In this document: positions 34,187 through 46,101 of the stretch, piece by piece | Numbering within the stretch: the first letter of the stretch is position 1 | How the letters are laid out: every line of letters starts with the position of its first letter | Source of the DNA: Tubulanus polymorphus | Taxonomy: Eukaryota; Animalia; Nemertea | Assembly: GCF_964204645.1 (NCBI RefSeq) | Contig: NC_134025.1 | Span: forward strand, 15,659,001 to 15,723,000 | Length of the DNA: 64,000 nt | Direction of reading: 5' to 3' | Made by a program: the position numbers and the translations under genes | The notes under the pieces: model-generated | What the model was told of the DNA's origin: nothing | Seen by the model: only the letters and a program-made list of their open reading frames with translations | Databases searched by the model: none

Positions 34187-34560
34187 AGTTCAGTTCAGTT
34201 CAGTTCAGTTCAGTTCAGTTCAGTTCAGTTCAGTTCAGTTCAGTTCAGTTCAGTTCAGTTCAGTTCAGTTCAGTTCAGTTCAGTTCAGTTCAGTTCAGTT
34301 CAGTTCAGTTCAGTTCAGTTCAGTTCAGTTCAGTTCAGTTCAGTTCAGTTCAGTTCAGTTCAGTTCAGTTCAGTTCAGTTCAGTTCAGTTCAGTTCAGTT
34401 CAGTTCAGTTCAGTTCAGTTCAGTTCAGTTCAGTTCAGTTCAGTTCAGTTCAGTTCAGTTCAGTTCAGTTCAGTTCAGTTCAGTTCAGTTCAGTTCAGTT
34501 CAGTTCAGTTCAGTTCAGTTCAGTTCAGTTCAGTTCAGTTCAGTTCAGTTCAGTTCAGTT
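34187..34560 (-). repeat. (CTGAA)n microsatellite, ~74 units, the 3' tail of the adjacent LINE
   Basis: Pure (AGTTC)n; on the minus strand it directly follows AATAAA at the LINE 3' end. Confidence 0.9.
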
Positions 34561-36510
34561 TATTGCTCCATATAAAATGAATATAATGAACACAGATAGT
34601 ACATATGAGGAGTGAAAGTACAATTACAGTGACAAGATGGTAGCATACAAAATACGTACACGAACCCGTCCAGCTTTACATGTAACACATTAATATTGAT
34701 AAGTGGTTTCACCGGTTGGTCTAATATAGACTTATAACCCGTATACATACTTCGTCACACTGAATATTGTTTGCAAAGCTTATAAGCTTGGTCTGTTTAA
34801 GAAGTAGCCAGGAAGATAACGTTGTCTAATTTGGTTATATAAGTCGCATTGGAAAATAAAATGATACTCGTCGCCCAGTTTGTTTCTATTACATTAGATG
34901 CAAATTCGATCTTCCCGGTTATTTTGTCATTAATTGTATTAACCTGACCTTGATTATTATTTCAAAGGGGGAAACAACCTAGTCATACCATTTGGAGTTG
35001 ACCGCTTGAGTTTGAGTATACACTTGCAAAAAAGGTGATGGACTCTTTCAATACATTGTACATCCTCGAAAACCCAAACCTCAGCCCAAAAAGTTAGAAT
35101 TGGTGCAAACATAGAGTAAAATAACTTAGGAGCTACATCCAGATCCAGTAACGGTTCTTTCACCTTTTAAGTACAAAAATAGACTTTCCTCGGCATGTTC
35201 ACAAATACTTTCCTTACACTTACTAAACGACCCAGTGTAGTTAAATATTATCCCTAGGTATCGAAAATCTTAACACTTTCTATTTCATTTCCGTCTCTAC
35301 TCTTTAGAGGCATCTTTAACATTGATACGATTACTATTACTATTAGTAAATCGATAGCGTCGTTTCGCTCTTCTAAAGTTTCTCTGATTCAGTTTTACAA
35401 TTGCATTATAGAATACCGAGTCTTTGCTTTGTGTACTTCTTGACCCTTTTTGTTGATTTTAAACCTACCCATTGACGCTTCAGCTGCTTAGACCAAGTGT
35501 TCACATAACCGCTCATTCGCAACGTTACAGTCAATTTTATTCAGTGATATATCTGATATTATATCATCTAAGATTTCTGAGGAAAAGATTCTCAAATTGC
35601 CGGGTTCAAGGGATTCCACTTTAACTTCTCTTTATTCCTTTAATTGTTGATACGAGGGGAAACATTACACTCGATACGGTCCAATGTATTTAGAATACAC
35701 TTAATTGGGCAGTGCACATCCGAAAACATGTGATTAAACTCTTTGACTTCGAACTCGGCACACTTTAGGATGTGGGGCGAGACAATGAAGTAATCTCCTT
35801 TAAGACATGTATGAGCACCGACACCTCTATCCCTACCAATTCTGCCATTTGCAATACGTTACCCGTGAGTTTTGCAGAAATCAGACAGGCGATAACCCCA
35901 ATAATGAACGTGTTATCTTTGTTGAGACGCTCAAGCAGAGTATCTGCTTTCAAATTAGAAATATCTACATTGGATTCGTCAAAGAAGTCCTCAGCTTCAA
36001 ACCTTTCAACGTAGAAAGCGAAGACTTGCATTTCTCTGGTGTGCGTTTTTAGATCTCAACGAATACAAATATGAGTTATTTAAAAATTGGGTTATATCGG
36101 TACTTAATTCATCAGAAAAAAATAAAAAAAATAAGGGCCACTGAATTTACTAGACTCGGGCGGGATAAGGGACCGCTCAGGTAAAAACTCTTAGTTAGAA
36201 CCACTTAAATGTGTTGATATCTTGATCCACTGTATTATATCACTAGTTTTCTTAACAGGATGTAAATATATAACTTCCAGTTTTAAATGCTATGAGTATT
36301 CCACCTGATTTTCTGGTACCCATATTTGAGTAATTAAAACAACAACTTGAAAATCAAGTAATACAAGAAAATTTGGAAACCCATATTTCATCTAGAGCAG
36401 TCAATTTAGTTTCCGTAAATATAAGTATATCAGCATATTTACACTCAGACATAAATTCTTTACAGATGATTTTAGATTAGAGACCACAATACATTTAAAC
36501 ACAACATTTC
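34561..36510 (-). pseudogene. Decayed LINE ORF2 (APE endonuclease start plus RT C-terminus and CCHC), internally deleted
   Basis: DILIFTETKL and RKSGGILIAF (36300-36450); FRYLGIIF, KLFYSMFAPILTFWAEVW, IERVHHLFCKCIL and RIC..C...LGDEYHFIFQC (34830-35290). Confidence 0.75.
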
Positions 36511-36791
36511 TAGCCGTTTGGATTTCTATCTAGCTCTGCGTGTTCATATTGTTCCATCAGGGCTTTCGTTAAGAACAGCGTTTGCTAATCTAATCGAAAC
36601 GCTCACATTTGTCTTAACGTCGTCGGTTTTTGGCCCGGTCGGATTGGGCTTATAAGCATGTAGCGGTTCTTCCGGCGATATGATCACAGTTGTAACTCGC
36701 GCGGTAAGGAATCGATCGGTTTTGAATATCCGGGGTTAGATTTCTCGAATGCAATTGATAAACCGGTCACAATCCTCTCTTTAATCGTTAT

Positions 36792-37283
36792 CTACAAAAT
36801 ACTTGAGTAAGGCCCTGGCGAGAGAACGTGTCCGTGCACAAATCCGAATGAATAAATTGAAATACCGGAAATATCATTACTTAAGTAAATTATGTCGGCG
36901 CCTGGCAACAAGAGAGCCTTTTTAGCATAATCGATAACTGCCTGGTTTCGTTCCAGGAAATCAACTCCGAGAATGAAGTCCGAGGTGACTCCATCCACCA
37001 CGTACATAGAATGTGACACGTCCAAATTTCCTAATACAAAATCTACGGAAATAACACCTTTTAAATAAAACTTAGTACCATCTACCCCACGGGCGGACTG
37101 AAATTGTCCCTCCTGCAAAGGGCCATTCGATATCTGAGGATGATTGATTAAGTAATTGTTTGACAGTACAGAAATTTCGGCACCCGTATCAATCAAAATG
37201 TTTAACGGTGTCCCTGAATGACTACCAGTCACTCGGTTGGCGGCAGTTGCCATGATTGACGGGGGAATAAGCCTCCGTTCCAA
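36792..37283 (-). pseudogene. Retropepsin (aspartic protease), truncated into the LTR
   Basis: LIDTGAEISVL catalytic motif and DFILGVDFL. Confidence 0.9.
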
Positions 37284-38340
37284 TAGTGTTGTTCTGACTG
37301 GAAAGGGACCCTATGTCGTTGGTTGGCGTGTTACCTAAAGTCGTCGTAACAGGTGGAAGTTGTTCCTGACAGTGAACAGTTGGTTGACAATCGGAGTTCG
37401 AATCTCCTATCCCAACATTTTCGTTGATTGGCATATTCGGTTTAGACGTGAGGACAACTTGACCTCTGTCCTGTTCATGGGACATTTCAAACGAGTGACA
37501 CAAATTCTCCGACATTGACTCCTGACTAGATATCTTTGACAAAATAGTTTCCATATTACTCTGATCATTAAGACATTCCGATCGTGAATTATTACTACTA
37601 CTTGAACCTGATGACACAAGATCACATTGTATTAGTGATTCGGAGGTTGCTGGGTACCTATACTGATCAAAAGCGCCTTCGTGACAATCTAAATGAGACT
37701 TCTTATCTCTAAAAAGGTCATCTTCTGCCGAATCCGTCGGACCATTAACCCCTCTAGGGTGTGACCTATCAACACTAATATTGTCACCCGAGCACGCCAT
37801 ATCTGCACGTACCTCCTGCAATTCAACTGGATCGCTAAACGTGACCATCCTGTGTCTTTTTACAGGCTCTCTAGTAACCGACAACTGGGAATTATTCCTC
37901 CAGCTGTCCTCAAAATTGGATCCCCGATCCATATAAAAATTTCCATTTAACGACAACTGGGTATTGTCCCTCCAGCTGTCCCCAAAGTTACGATCTTGAA
38001 TGTCATAAACGTCATCGGCACCCCATGAAGGAGTGTGATAATCAATAAACTTATCTAAATGTAAAGGGTCAGTGTCATCTAAGTAATCTGCATTACAGTT
38101 CCCCTCAGGTTCAAAATAAAGAGAAAATGAGTCAGCTAGCATGTCGCCCTGATCAAATGACATGTCAAATATATCATCCCTATCGTCCTCAAAATAATCA
38201 TCATCAAAAATATAATTATCAATTACCGGACTGTCATTATCATAACTATGATAACCCGAATATGTGTCATCCCACCAATAATCACTCCTTATTAACGAGT
38301 CCGGCGAGGGCTCAGTTGACCATTCATTGCGCGACCCCAC
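37222..38340 (-). CDS. Acidic low-complexity ORF between gag and protease
   Basis: 372 codons open, D/S/N-rich, internal repeat RNFGDSWRDNTQLS / SNFEDSWRNNSQLS. Confidence 0.5.
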   Translation of the reverse strand: MGSRNEWSTEPSPDSLIRSDYWWDDTYSGYHSYDNDSPVIDNYIFDDDYFEDDRDDIFDMSFDQGDMLADSFSLYFEPEGNCNADYLDDTDPLHLDKFIDYHTPSWGADDVYDIQDRNFGDSWRDNTQLSLNGNFYMDRGSNFEDSWRNNSQLSVTREPVKRHRMVTFSDPVELQEVRADMACSGDNISVDRSHPRGVNGPTDSAEDDLFRDKKSHLDCHEGAFDQYRYPATSESLIQCDLVSSGSSSSNNSRSECLNDQSNMETILSKISSQESMSENLCHSFEMSHEQDRGQVVLTSKPNMPINENVGIGDSNSDCQPTVHCQEQLPPVTTTLGNTPTNDIGSLSSQNNTIGTEAYSPVNHGNCRQPSDW

Positions 38341-38342
38341 CC

Positions 38343-39410
38343 TTATCGGTCCATAGGATGAGGTCTCCGGTCGTTTCCCTGACCAAATGTTCGACTAATC
38401 CGGTGGGAATCACGCCCAAGATTCTGTGACCAAAACTGACCCCTACCAGAATTTTGAGGACGGCGATTATCACGATGAAATGCGTCCCGGTTTGGCGAGA
38501 CCCGTGACCTTTGTTGGTCGTAACGCCAAGACGGACAATTCCTGGCGTAATGACCAGGGGCGTGGCATTGATAGCACACCACCTGTCCATCTTGCGACCT
38601 TTGTGATTGACGGTTCTCACTATAGTAGGTACCTCTATCATTTTGCTGAGTACGGGTAGATTTTTGAGTGTCCATGATCTGGCGAAACATGTCCCGTAGC
38701 TCAGTCATGACATCTCCTGTCGCCTTAATTGGTTCGGTCCCCATTTGCGATACCTTGGGAGACGACAGAGCCTTTCGTTGTTCAATATGTTCAGCCATTC
38801 TGGCTGCTTCCCATGCATCCCTAAACGTCGTAGGATGCTGTGACAACAAATAGACAGAAATATCAGGGCGGGAGTTATTAATTAATAACATCTTCTTCTG
38901 GTGGTCAGAAAATTTCAGACTTGAGGCCACACGATTAATCTCCTCTGCAAACCTATCGACCGATTGCGTTTCCCCCTGTCGCATTGTCGTCAAGGCTGAC
39001 TCCTTGACCAAGGCCCACGAGGTGGGGCTGAATTGCGTACAAAACGCACGGACAATATTTTCCCAGGGAGTGACAACTTTGCCACCGGCCGCATCGGTTC
39101 CCTGATCAATGCGAAGGTCATTGAATAGAACGAGGGCTGGGCCAGCCAAAAACCAATACAACTGTTTCTTTTTAGCGTCATCGTTCCAACCCCTTAGATC
39201 GGCCAAACGGTCAAATCCTTTGAACCAATCAGAGACGCACTGGTCATCTCGTCCCGTAAATTTAGGGAGCAAAGAGAAATTCATGAACGCCGTGGCTGTG
39301 CCCACCTCTTCGCGAAGGCCAGAGAGGGCCTGCAGAACAGTGTCGTTGCTTACAGCGGATCGTTCCCGTGAGCCACCCGCACCGTACGTCGTCTCCCCTC
39401 CAGTCGACAT
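38343..39410 (-). CDS. gag: Gag (retrotransposon capsid plus CCHC zinc knuckle)
   Basis: LPKFTG, WF..F...A...W, L.GPA, MRQGETQSV..F major homology region, CYQCHAPGHYARNC. Confidence 0.92.
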   Translation of the reverse strand: MSTGGETTYGAGGSRERSAVSNDTVLQALSGLREEVGTATAFMNFSLLPKFTGRDDQCVSDWFKGFDRLADLRGWNDDAKKKQLYWFLAGPALVLFNDLRIDQGTDAAGGKVVTPWENIVRAFCTQFSPTSWALVKESALTTMRQGETQSVDRFAEEINRVASSLKFSDHQKKMLLINNSRPDISVYLLSQHPTTFRDAWEAARMAEHIEQRKALSSPKVSQMGTEPIKATGDVMTELRDMFRQIMDTQKSTRTQQNDRGTYYSENRQSQRSQDGQVVCYQCHAPGHYARNCPSWRYDQQRSRVSPNRDAFHRDNRRPQNSGRGQFWSQNLGRDSHRISRTFGQGNDRRPHPMDR

Positions 39411-39479
39411 TGTATATCTTTATACGAATACTAATCTAAAATAACATTTTAAAATTTTCCAACCCAAAAAACAGATGTA

Positions 39480-39840
39480 GGTTCGATTCCCCATCCTGGC
39501 TGGACGGTTTTGGCAATTCACGAGGTGGAGGGTTCGAACCCCTCAATGGCTGTAGTGCAGCCCCATCGGTGTCGACCTGCATGGCGAGTGGGTTAGAATC
39601 CCACAGAGGTCCCCGACACTCCTCCGGTATTACACATGAGCGTGCAGTGGTGGGTTCGAATCCCACGACGGCTCTCGATGTTCCTCCGGAATCTCAAATG
39701 GTCGTGCACTTCGCGGGTTCGAATCCCGCAATGTCTCAACAGGGACGACCGGGGTTGGCAGTGGGTTCGAACCCCACAATGGTTCCCGAAACTCCACCGG
39801 AATTTCAAATGGTTTCGTTTGAGGTGGGTTCACCTCCCAC
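39480..39840 (+). repeat. Array of seven tRNA T-arm / B-box-like hairpins in the Gypsy leader
   Basis: GGTTCGAAYCC-like motifs in short stems at 39480, 39531, 39591, 39653, 39716, 39764 and 39827. Confidence 0.8.
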
Positions 39841-39993
39841 AATAGCTTTCCGAATGTTGGGCTGGTTGTAGCGCGGCGCTTCTTAGAAAATGCGTTCTTC
39901 GCACCACAATGTGAGCATATAAAAATGTGTACCATTTGAACAACAATTAATTAATAATGCAAAAGTTTCCGGCACAACTGAACTAAACAGTAT

Positions 39994-40007
39994 GGGTTTC
40001 GGCACCA
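39994..40007 (-). promoter_or_regulatory. Primer binding site, tRNA-Phe
   Basis: TGGTGCCGAAACCC next to the LTR end; complementary to the eukaryotic tRNA-Phe 3' end GGGUUUCGGCACCA. Confidence 0.85.
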
Positions 40008-41239
40008 GCGATACACCGGTCACAATCCTCTCTTTAATCGTTATCTATAAAATACTTGAGTAAGGCCCTGGCGAGAGAACGTGTCCGTGCACAAATCCGA
40101 ATGAATAAATTGAAATACCGGATGATAATCTTGAAGATAATATATTTTATTTACCTTGAACAAAGAATGATTTTCCTAATCCCTATTGTATATGAATCCC
40201 TATCGTTCCGAAGCTTCCCCTGTCCTGCTGTCGACACTCGTCTTACTAAGGTACCGATTCTTTTTTCTCTCTCGATAGCGGCCCCCTTTTGTAGAAAGAA
40301 CCGGCATGCTCAGAATTCCGATTCTCCCACGCAGGGTCTTCCGCTTTTTGGCAAGGAGCAGCTACCCAACTGTCATGACCGTTTTTAGTTACGGAAAATT
40401 TAGCCCTACTGATTTGCTGATCTAAAGGTTTTTTAGAAACTGATTTGCTGATATAAACTTTTTCTTCCAACCCTCCTGTCATGACGCGTTGTGATTTACT
40501 CACTCCTTGCTAGTCGTTGTTGAGAGAGCAGCTATTGTCTGTGAATTACCAACGAGCGCATACAGACAACAGAAACTTCAGACAGCTAGTTTTAACATTT
40601 AACACAAATTAATTTTTCTAAAACATTAGCGATTATTAACAATTTGTTCTTAAACAACATCTAGATTACTCAAATTAAATATCTTTTCAAAACTTTGTTT
40701 TCTTTTCTAATTACAGTACAAATTCATTGTTTCTTTTTTAATTATTATAATTAACTACGATTCGGAATACATTGTGATTGATTATCAATTCTTAAAATAT
40801 TTGAAATACTTATACTAATTATTTTATCTACAATTTAACTAATTCTATTTTAATACAGGATAAGCAAAGCAACCACATCTTCCTAAACTCCTTGTTTTTC
40901 CTTTTACGGAAAGTATCCGGGAATATCATCAAGTATCAGCGTGATCCCTTCACGAGCCTCATTATAAATACACTCCATTGTTCCGACCCAACCAAATATG
41001 GTTCCAACTATTTAAAAGTTTTATATAAAGATTTTCTGAATGTTTGCCAGATCTCACAGCAGAAGAACCGAGAAAGAATTGTTGTTTATAGACTGGTTTA
41101 TGGTTTGCGTTGGTAGATGAAAGCATCAAACAAGAACTTTCGTAATTCTTACTACTAGTACGTTCTTGTCTGACGGCTTTAACGTAACCCCCACGCATAC
41201 GGAAACAACATTAAGAACATTTCTAAATACTACGAAAAT

Positions 41240-41600
41240 CTAGCTGTGGATCACAATTCTTATTGCCCGACTGCAGTCAACGCTAGTAGTATCGGACCAT
41301 ACGTATCTGTATTCGGCTGTGTTGCATCTGGCCGGCGCGGTGGTTGTTTTCGGTTGAGCGGTTGGCGATTTACGTTTCTCTAGATATAGAATTTTCCCTC
41401 CGATCGATTTGAACACAGTGCCCTCGTGGATTAACTTAACGTATGTGACATAGCACTTTGACTGCGGATTACTGCTCTTAATTTCGTTAAGCTTCTCGAA
41501 AAGCATTTTGCGCTGATAGCGGATTTCTCGTGGAAAGTCTCTGAACTCAAATTCTACTGTCCACGCTGTTTTCCCTCGCTAAGTAACAGAATTACTAGGG
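41240..41600 (-). pseudogene. LINE ORF1-like fragment
   Basis: DFPREIRYQRKMLFEKL...YVKLIHEG..F resembles the C-terminal part of L1/CR1-type ORF1p. Confidence 0.5.
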
Positions 41601-44285
41601 ATTGACCAGGCGATCCCTCAAGACTATCATAAACGTATCTAATAGGCTATAGATTAACAGCCAATGCATCGTACAAGCGGGGCCAAATCTTCATAACCAA
41701 ATGCATAGAGAAAAAAGGACCGCCCGGCCAACCCCAAGCCAACATGACAAGCCATGTAAACGGGCAGCTAAGAGACCCGCGACTAGAGAGCTGACAGGAA
41801 CCCCAAATACTTAATATATCAAACTACATAATTGGTTGCATAATACAAGACAGGATGCAAAAGAAATCATTTCATCCAATCACCTTTCCCATCTACCTTA
41901 AAATTCTGTAACACAATAAACAAACTGTTCGACGTCTCTTAAATAACTTCACTGGCTATCCTAAAACTCTTGTTTACATGACGGTGGTTCTGAACTCAAT
42001 GAAATTAACCGTTCCAATAATGATCTTTTAGAATAATACATCGCAAGATGAAACCCACTATTAAAATCAAAAGCAGACAGCACTACCTAAGTTAGATCAG
42101 CTAAAATAAGACTTAGCCACACTCGCTACGCACCTGGAATAATACTATAAAAAGATATAATATACTTTCTGCATATAGACGAAAGGATTATGCCGGCTGA
42201 AAACAACGAGGGTGAAAGGTTGGGGACTCGCCAGAGGGTTCGAACATGGCCAAAAACATACAAACATACACCAACGCTCTCATAGAAAGTTTAGCAACAG
42301 TATTTTCCTAAAACTATTACTGTTACATTATATCTCCATATGACGTAGATGATCAGCACTTCACGATCTGTCAGTAACACACAAACTCTTCTTCCGTTAC
42401 GAATATTTAGCTTTATTTCGATCAGCAAGCAAATATAATTTTCGGCTAGCGGGCTTATCCCTGTCACGAAAATGTCGATGCGTAAAAGGGCTCAATGAGC
42501 CCTTTAACGCATCGACATTTTCGTTTTTCCGATAGAGGGAATATTTGATACGAAAACGTCTTTTCTCGCGCTGAACGACGTTTTCGCGTCGGAAAGTGCT
42601 TTTCCTGGCGATTTGAGCGCTTTTACCCATCGACATTGTCGTTTTTCCGATAGGGGGAATATTTGATACGAAAACGTCTTTTCTCGCGCTGAACGACGTT
42701 TTCGCGTCGGAAAGTGCTTTTCCTGGCGATTTGAGCGCTTTTACCCATCGACATTGTCGTTTTTCCGATAGGGGGAATATTTGATACGAAAACGTCTTTT
42801 CTCGCGCTGAACGACGTTTACGGGTCGAAAAGTGCTTTTCCTGACGATTTGAGCGCTTTTACCCATCGACATTGTCGTTTTTCCGATAGTGGGAATATTT
42901 GATACGAAAACTTCTTTTCTTGCGCTGAACGACGTTTTCGCGTCGAAAAGTGCTTTTCCTGACGATTTGAGCGCATTTACGTATCGACATTGTCGTTTTT
43001 CCGATAGGGGGAATATTTGATACGAAAACGTCTTTTCTCGCGCTGAACGACGTTTTCGCGTCGGAAAGTGCTTTTCCTGGCGATTTGAGCGCTTTTACGC
43101 ATCGACATTGTCGTTTTTCCGATAGGGGGAATATTTGATAGGAAAACGTCCTTCTCTCGCGCTGAACGACGTTTACGGGTTGAAAAGTGCTTTTCCTGAC
43201 GATTTGAGCGCTTTTACCCATCGACATTGTCGTTTTTCCGATAGGGGGAATATTTGATACGAAAACGTCTTTTCTCGCGCTGAACGACGTTTACGGGTCG
43301 AAAAGTGCTTTTCCTGACGATTTGAGCGCTTTTACGCATCGACATTGTCGTTTTTCCGATAGGGGGAATATTTGATACGAAAACGTCTTTTCTCGCGCTG
43401 AACGACGTTTTCGCATCGAAAAGTGCTTTTCCTGACGATTTGAGCGCTTTTACGCATCGACATTGTCGTTTTTCCGATAGGGGGAATATTTGAAACGAAA
43501 ACGTCTTTTCTCGCGCTCAACGACGTTTTCGCGTCGAAAAGTGCTTTTCCTGACGATTTGAGCCCTTTTACGCATCGACATTGTCGTTTTTCCGATAGGG
43601 GGAATATTTGATACGAAAACGTCTTTTCTCGCGCTCAACGACGTTTTCGCGTCGAAAAGTGCTTTTCCTGACGATTTGAGCCCTTTTACGCATCGACATT
43701 TTCGTTTTTCCGATAGAGGGAATATTTGATACGAAAACGACTTTTCTCGCGCTGAACGACGTTTTCGCGTCGAAAAGTGCTTTTCCTGACGATTTGAGCG
43801 CTTTTACGCATCGTCGTTTTTCCGATAGGTTGAATATTTGATACGAAAAACGTCTTTACTCGCGCAGAACGACGTTTTCGCGTCGAAAAGTGCTTTTCCT
43901 GACGATTTGAGCGCTTTTGCGCATCGACATTTTCGTTTTTCCGATAGAGGGAATATTTGATACGGAAACGACTTTTCTCGCGCTGAACGACGTTTTCGCG
44001 TCGAAAAGTGCTTTTCCTGACGATTTTAGCGCTTTTACGCATCGTCGTTTTCCGATAGTATAATATCCACACTGATGGGTGGTTTCTCGTTCCGCGTTTA
44101 TGTATTGATTGGGGATAAAAAACGAAACCCGGAACAAGTAGCCACATACGCTGGGTTTTTTTTTAAATATCTTAACCCATCCTGTATTTCATTGGCCCAT
44201 TCCCTCCACTGTACAAGGCACACCTGTCACACTCGACTCCCCATCTTCCGCAAACTAAGAAGTGACCGCGTCACTAGTGTCACAT

Positions 44286-44319
44286 GATCAGTGTGGATAG
44301 TATAATATCCACACTGATC
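44286..44319. promoter_or_regulatory. Putative recombination (circle-junction) site, 13-8-13 inverted repeat
   Basis: GATCAGTGTGGAT-AGTATAAT-ATCCACACTGATC at the B1/A2 junction. Confidence 0.75.
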
Positions 44320-44599
44320 GGTGGTTTCTCGTTCCGCGGTTATGTAGTGATTGGGGATAAAAAACGACCCAACCCCTTACTGATAACCACAACAAATACT
44401 AAAAACCTTTCCACAACTACACCCAAACCCCAACTATACTAGGCCGAGTGAAACGAGGCCAAAAATCAGAAGACAGAATATGCATCCGAAGTCGATTTAT
44501 TTAGACCCGCCTTAGAAATCGGGTATATTAATATACAAAATTCGTATTAGCGTCTAGTTTCTTATCGATATAAATTGGCGTACGTAGAACCTACATGGA

Positions 44600-45914
44600 T
44601 TAAAACATTGGTTTAAACCCGCTTGTAGCATTATTCAGGCGATATGATTCTACACTTTTATCAGTTAACTGTCCCATAGCTTGACCGAGAGAGTCAGAGA
44701 CTTTACCCTGCATCACACAAGCATGTTTGGTGTAATGCTTTGCCATGGACTGATGCTTCCAACCAATATAAGAAGTCACCTCTTTAGATGTATGGCCCAA
44801 AGAAGCCAACATAACGGAGCATCCAACCCTGAAACTATGCGGGGTCTCACCGTCATACATACAAATTTCTTTTAGGTAAGTTTTCAAACGGCTTCCCACC
44901 GCATTCGAGTCGAGTCCGTTATTAACGATAGCGCCCTCTTTATTCATTATCCGGAATAAGTAACCCCCTCCAAGGTCAACTCCAAGCGCCTTTACAACAG
45001 CAAAATACCTTTCAATCGCCAAAACCGGGCACAGAACCGGGTTGTTAAAACGAGTAACTACGGATGTCAAAACCGAACCATCCCGCAGTGTTTTCCCGAA
45101 CGTTAGATTTAAAATGATTACCCTTCCATCGTCACTCTGAGAGATCCCATCTGTCAAAACCCGACCTAAGTCTGCCGCCCTATGTCCTGTTAGAAAATCA
45201 AGTTTGAAGAAAGCCTGGTCCCTTGCTAAAATATACTCCGTTACCGCGGGTAAATCTGGGACAGCCAAGCGTTTATCAATACAGAGAATCATTGCCGTCA
45301 ATTTGCTAAGGTACATTGGGACGGCTTGTTTAGGGGTGATCATGGCCACCGATTGCTCTCAGGTATTGTTTTACCTCTTCTGATATGGTAGGATTCCCAG
45401 TTCCGCGCTCGGGATGCCAACAGCCAATTTTACCAATCGAGTTAAATATTGCCCTTATCTGACCCAGATAGGAATCAACCGTTCCGGCTGCCAGTCTTTT
45501 GGGGCATAAACAACCACCGGTCCTTGGTGAGGCCTTCGAGACTGCTTTCCAACCTCGTACCGGACAGGTTAAAGAGTGTACTACTGTTTTACCCCGAGCA
45601 TCCCTGAATACCATGAACCTACAGATATCCCTAGGTGATGCCGTCAACAAGGATCTCGATGGGCGCAGTGACCTGAGGAACAAGACCAAATCTTCTTCCA
45701 GTTTTGACTTCTTTCGGCCATAAACAGAGTTGCGCTCACTCTCTGACATAGAATTTAACCGGGCATCCAAATCTTTTAATGGTAAGGCTAGCAATGTACC
45801 GTTCTCGCCATCCGTATTGCTTAACTCTGAACCACAATTGTAGCAGAAATTTGAGTGCTGTCGCGAGCGATGTCCACAGTCCGCACAATGGTTCTCGTGA
45901 TGCAGAGACAGATC
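44600..45914 (-). pseudogene. Zinc ribbon + ALOG domain + tyrosine recombinase; frameshift near 45350
   Basis: CADC..FCYNCG; ALOG-like SP.DI.RF..FRD..GKT.VH...C...C.CPKRLAAGTVDSYLGQIRAIF...GNP; catalytic GHRAADL, GKT, HSFR, IGW, HY. Confidence 0.88.
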
Positions 45915-46101
45915 CTGTAAAATATGACAGATCTTAAAAGAACCATAATAAACGAGGTATATCAGAAAAGACAAAACGTTTATTAACGTAAAAGCAGAGT
46001 TATGCATCCGGATTTTACCGTGCATAGATCAGAGTAGAAAATAAAGACCACCGTTACGCAACACCATGTTATCGCTCAGGAAAACATGTCAATTTAATCT
46101 T

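Larger units (their letters stand above)
36756..40125 (-). mobile_element. Ty3/Gypsy LTR retrotransposon, pol deleted
   Basis: Direct repeat 36756-36869 / 40009-40121 (LTR 3' part), PBS, gag and protease; RT, RH and IN absent. The 5' LTR probably extends further right but its boundary and TSD were not resolved. Confidence 0.85.

Noticed and set aside
35765-36031. 88-aa helical-looking ORF inside the LINE
   Set aside because: No recognisable motif or gene structure; cannot be supported without a search.
39480-39840. Cluster of true tRNA genes
   Set aside because: Units are only 48-63 nt apart and lack D and anticodon arms; kept only as a T-arm array finding.
40125-40900. 5' boundary and TSD of the Gypsy LTR
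   Set aside because: No CA end with a matching 4-5-bp duplication could be identified confidently; left unannotated.
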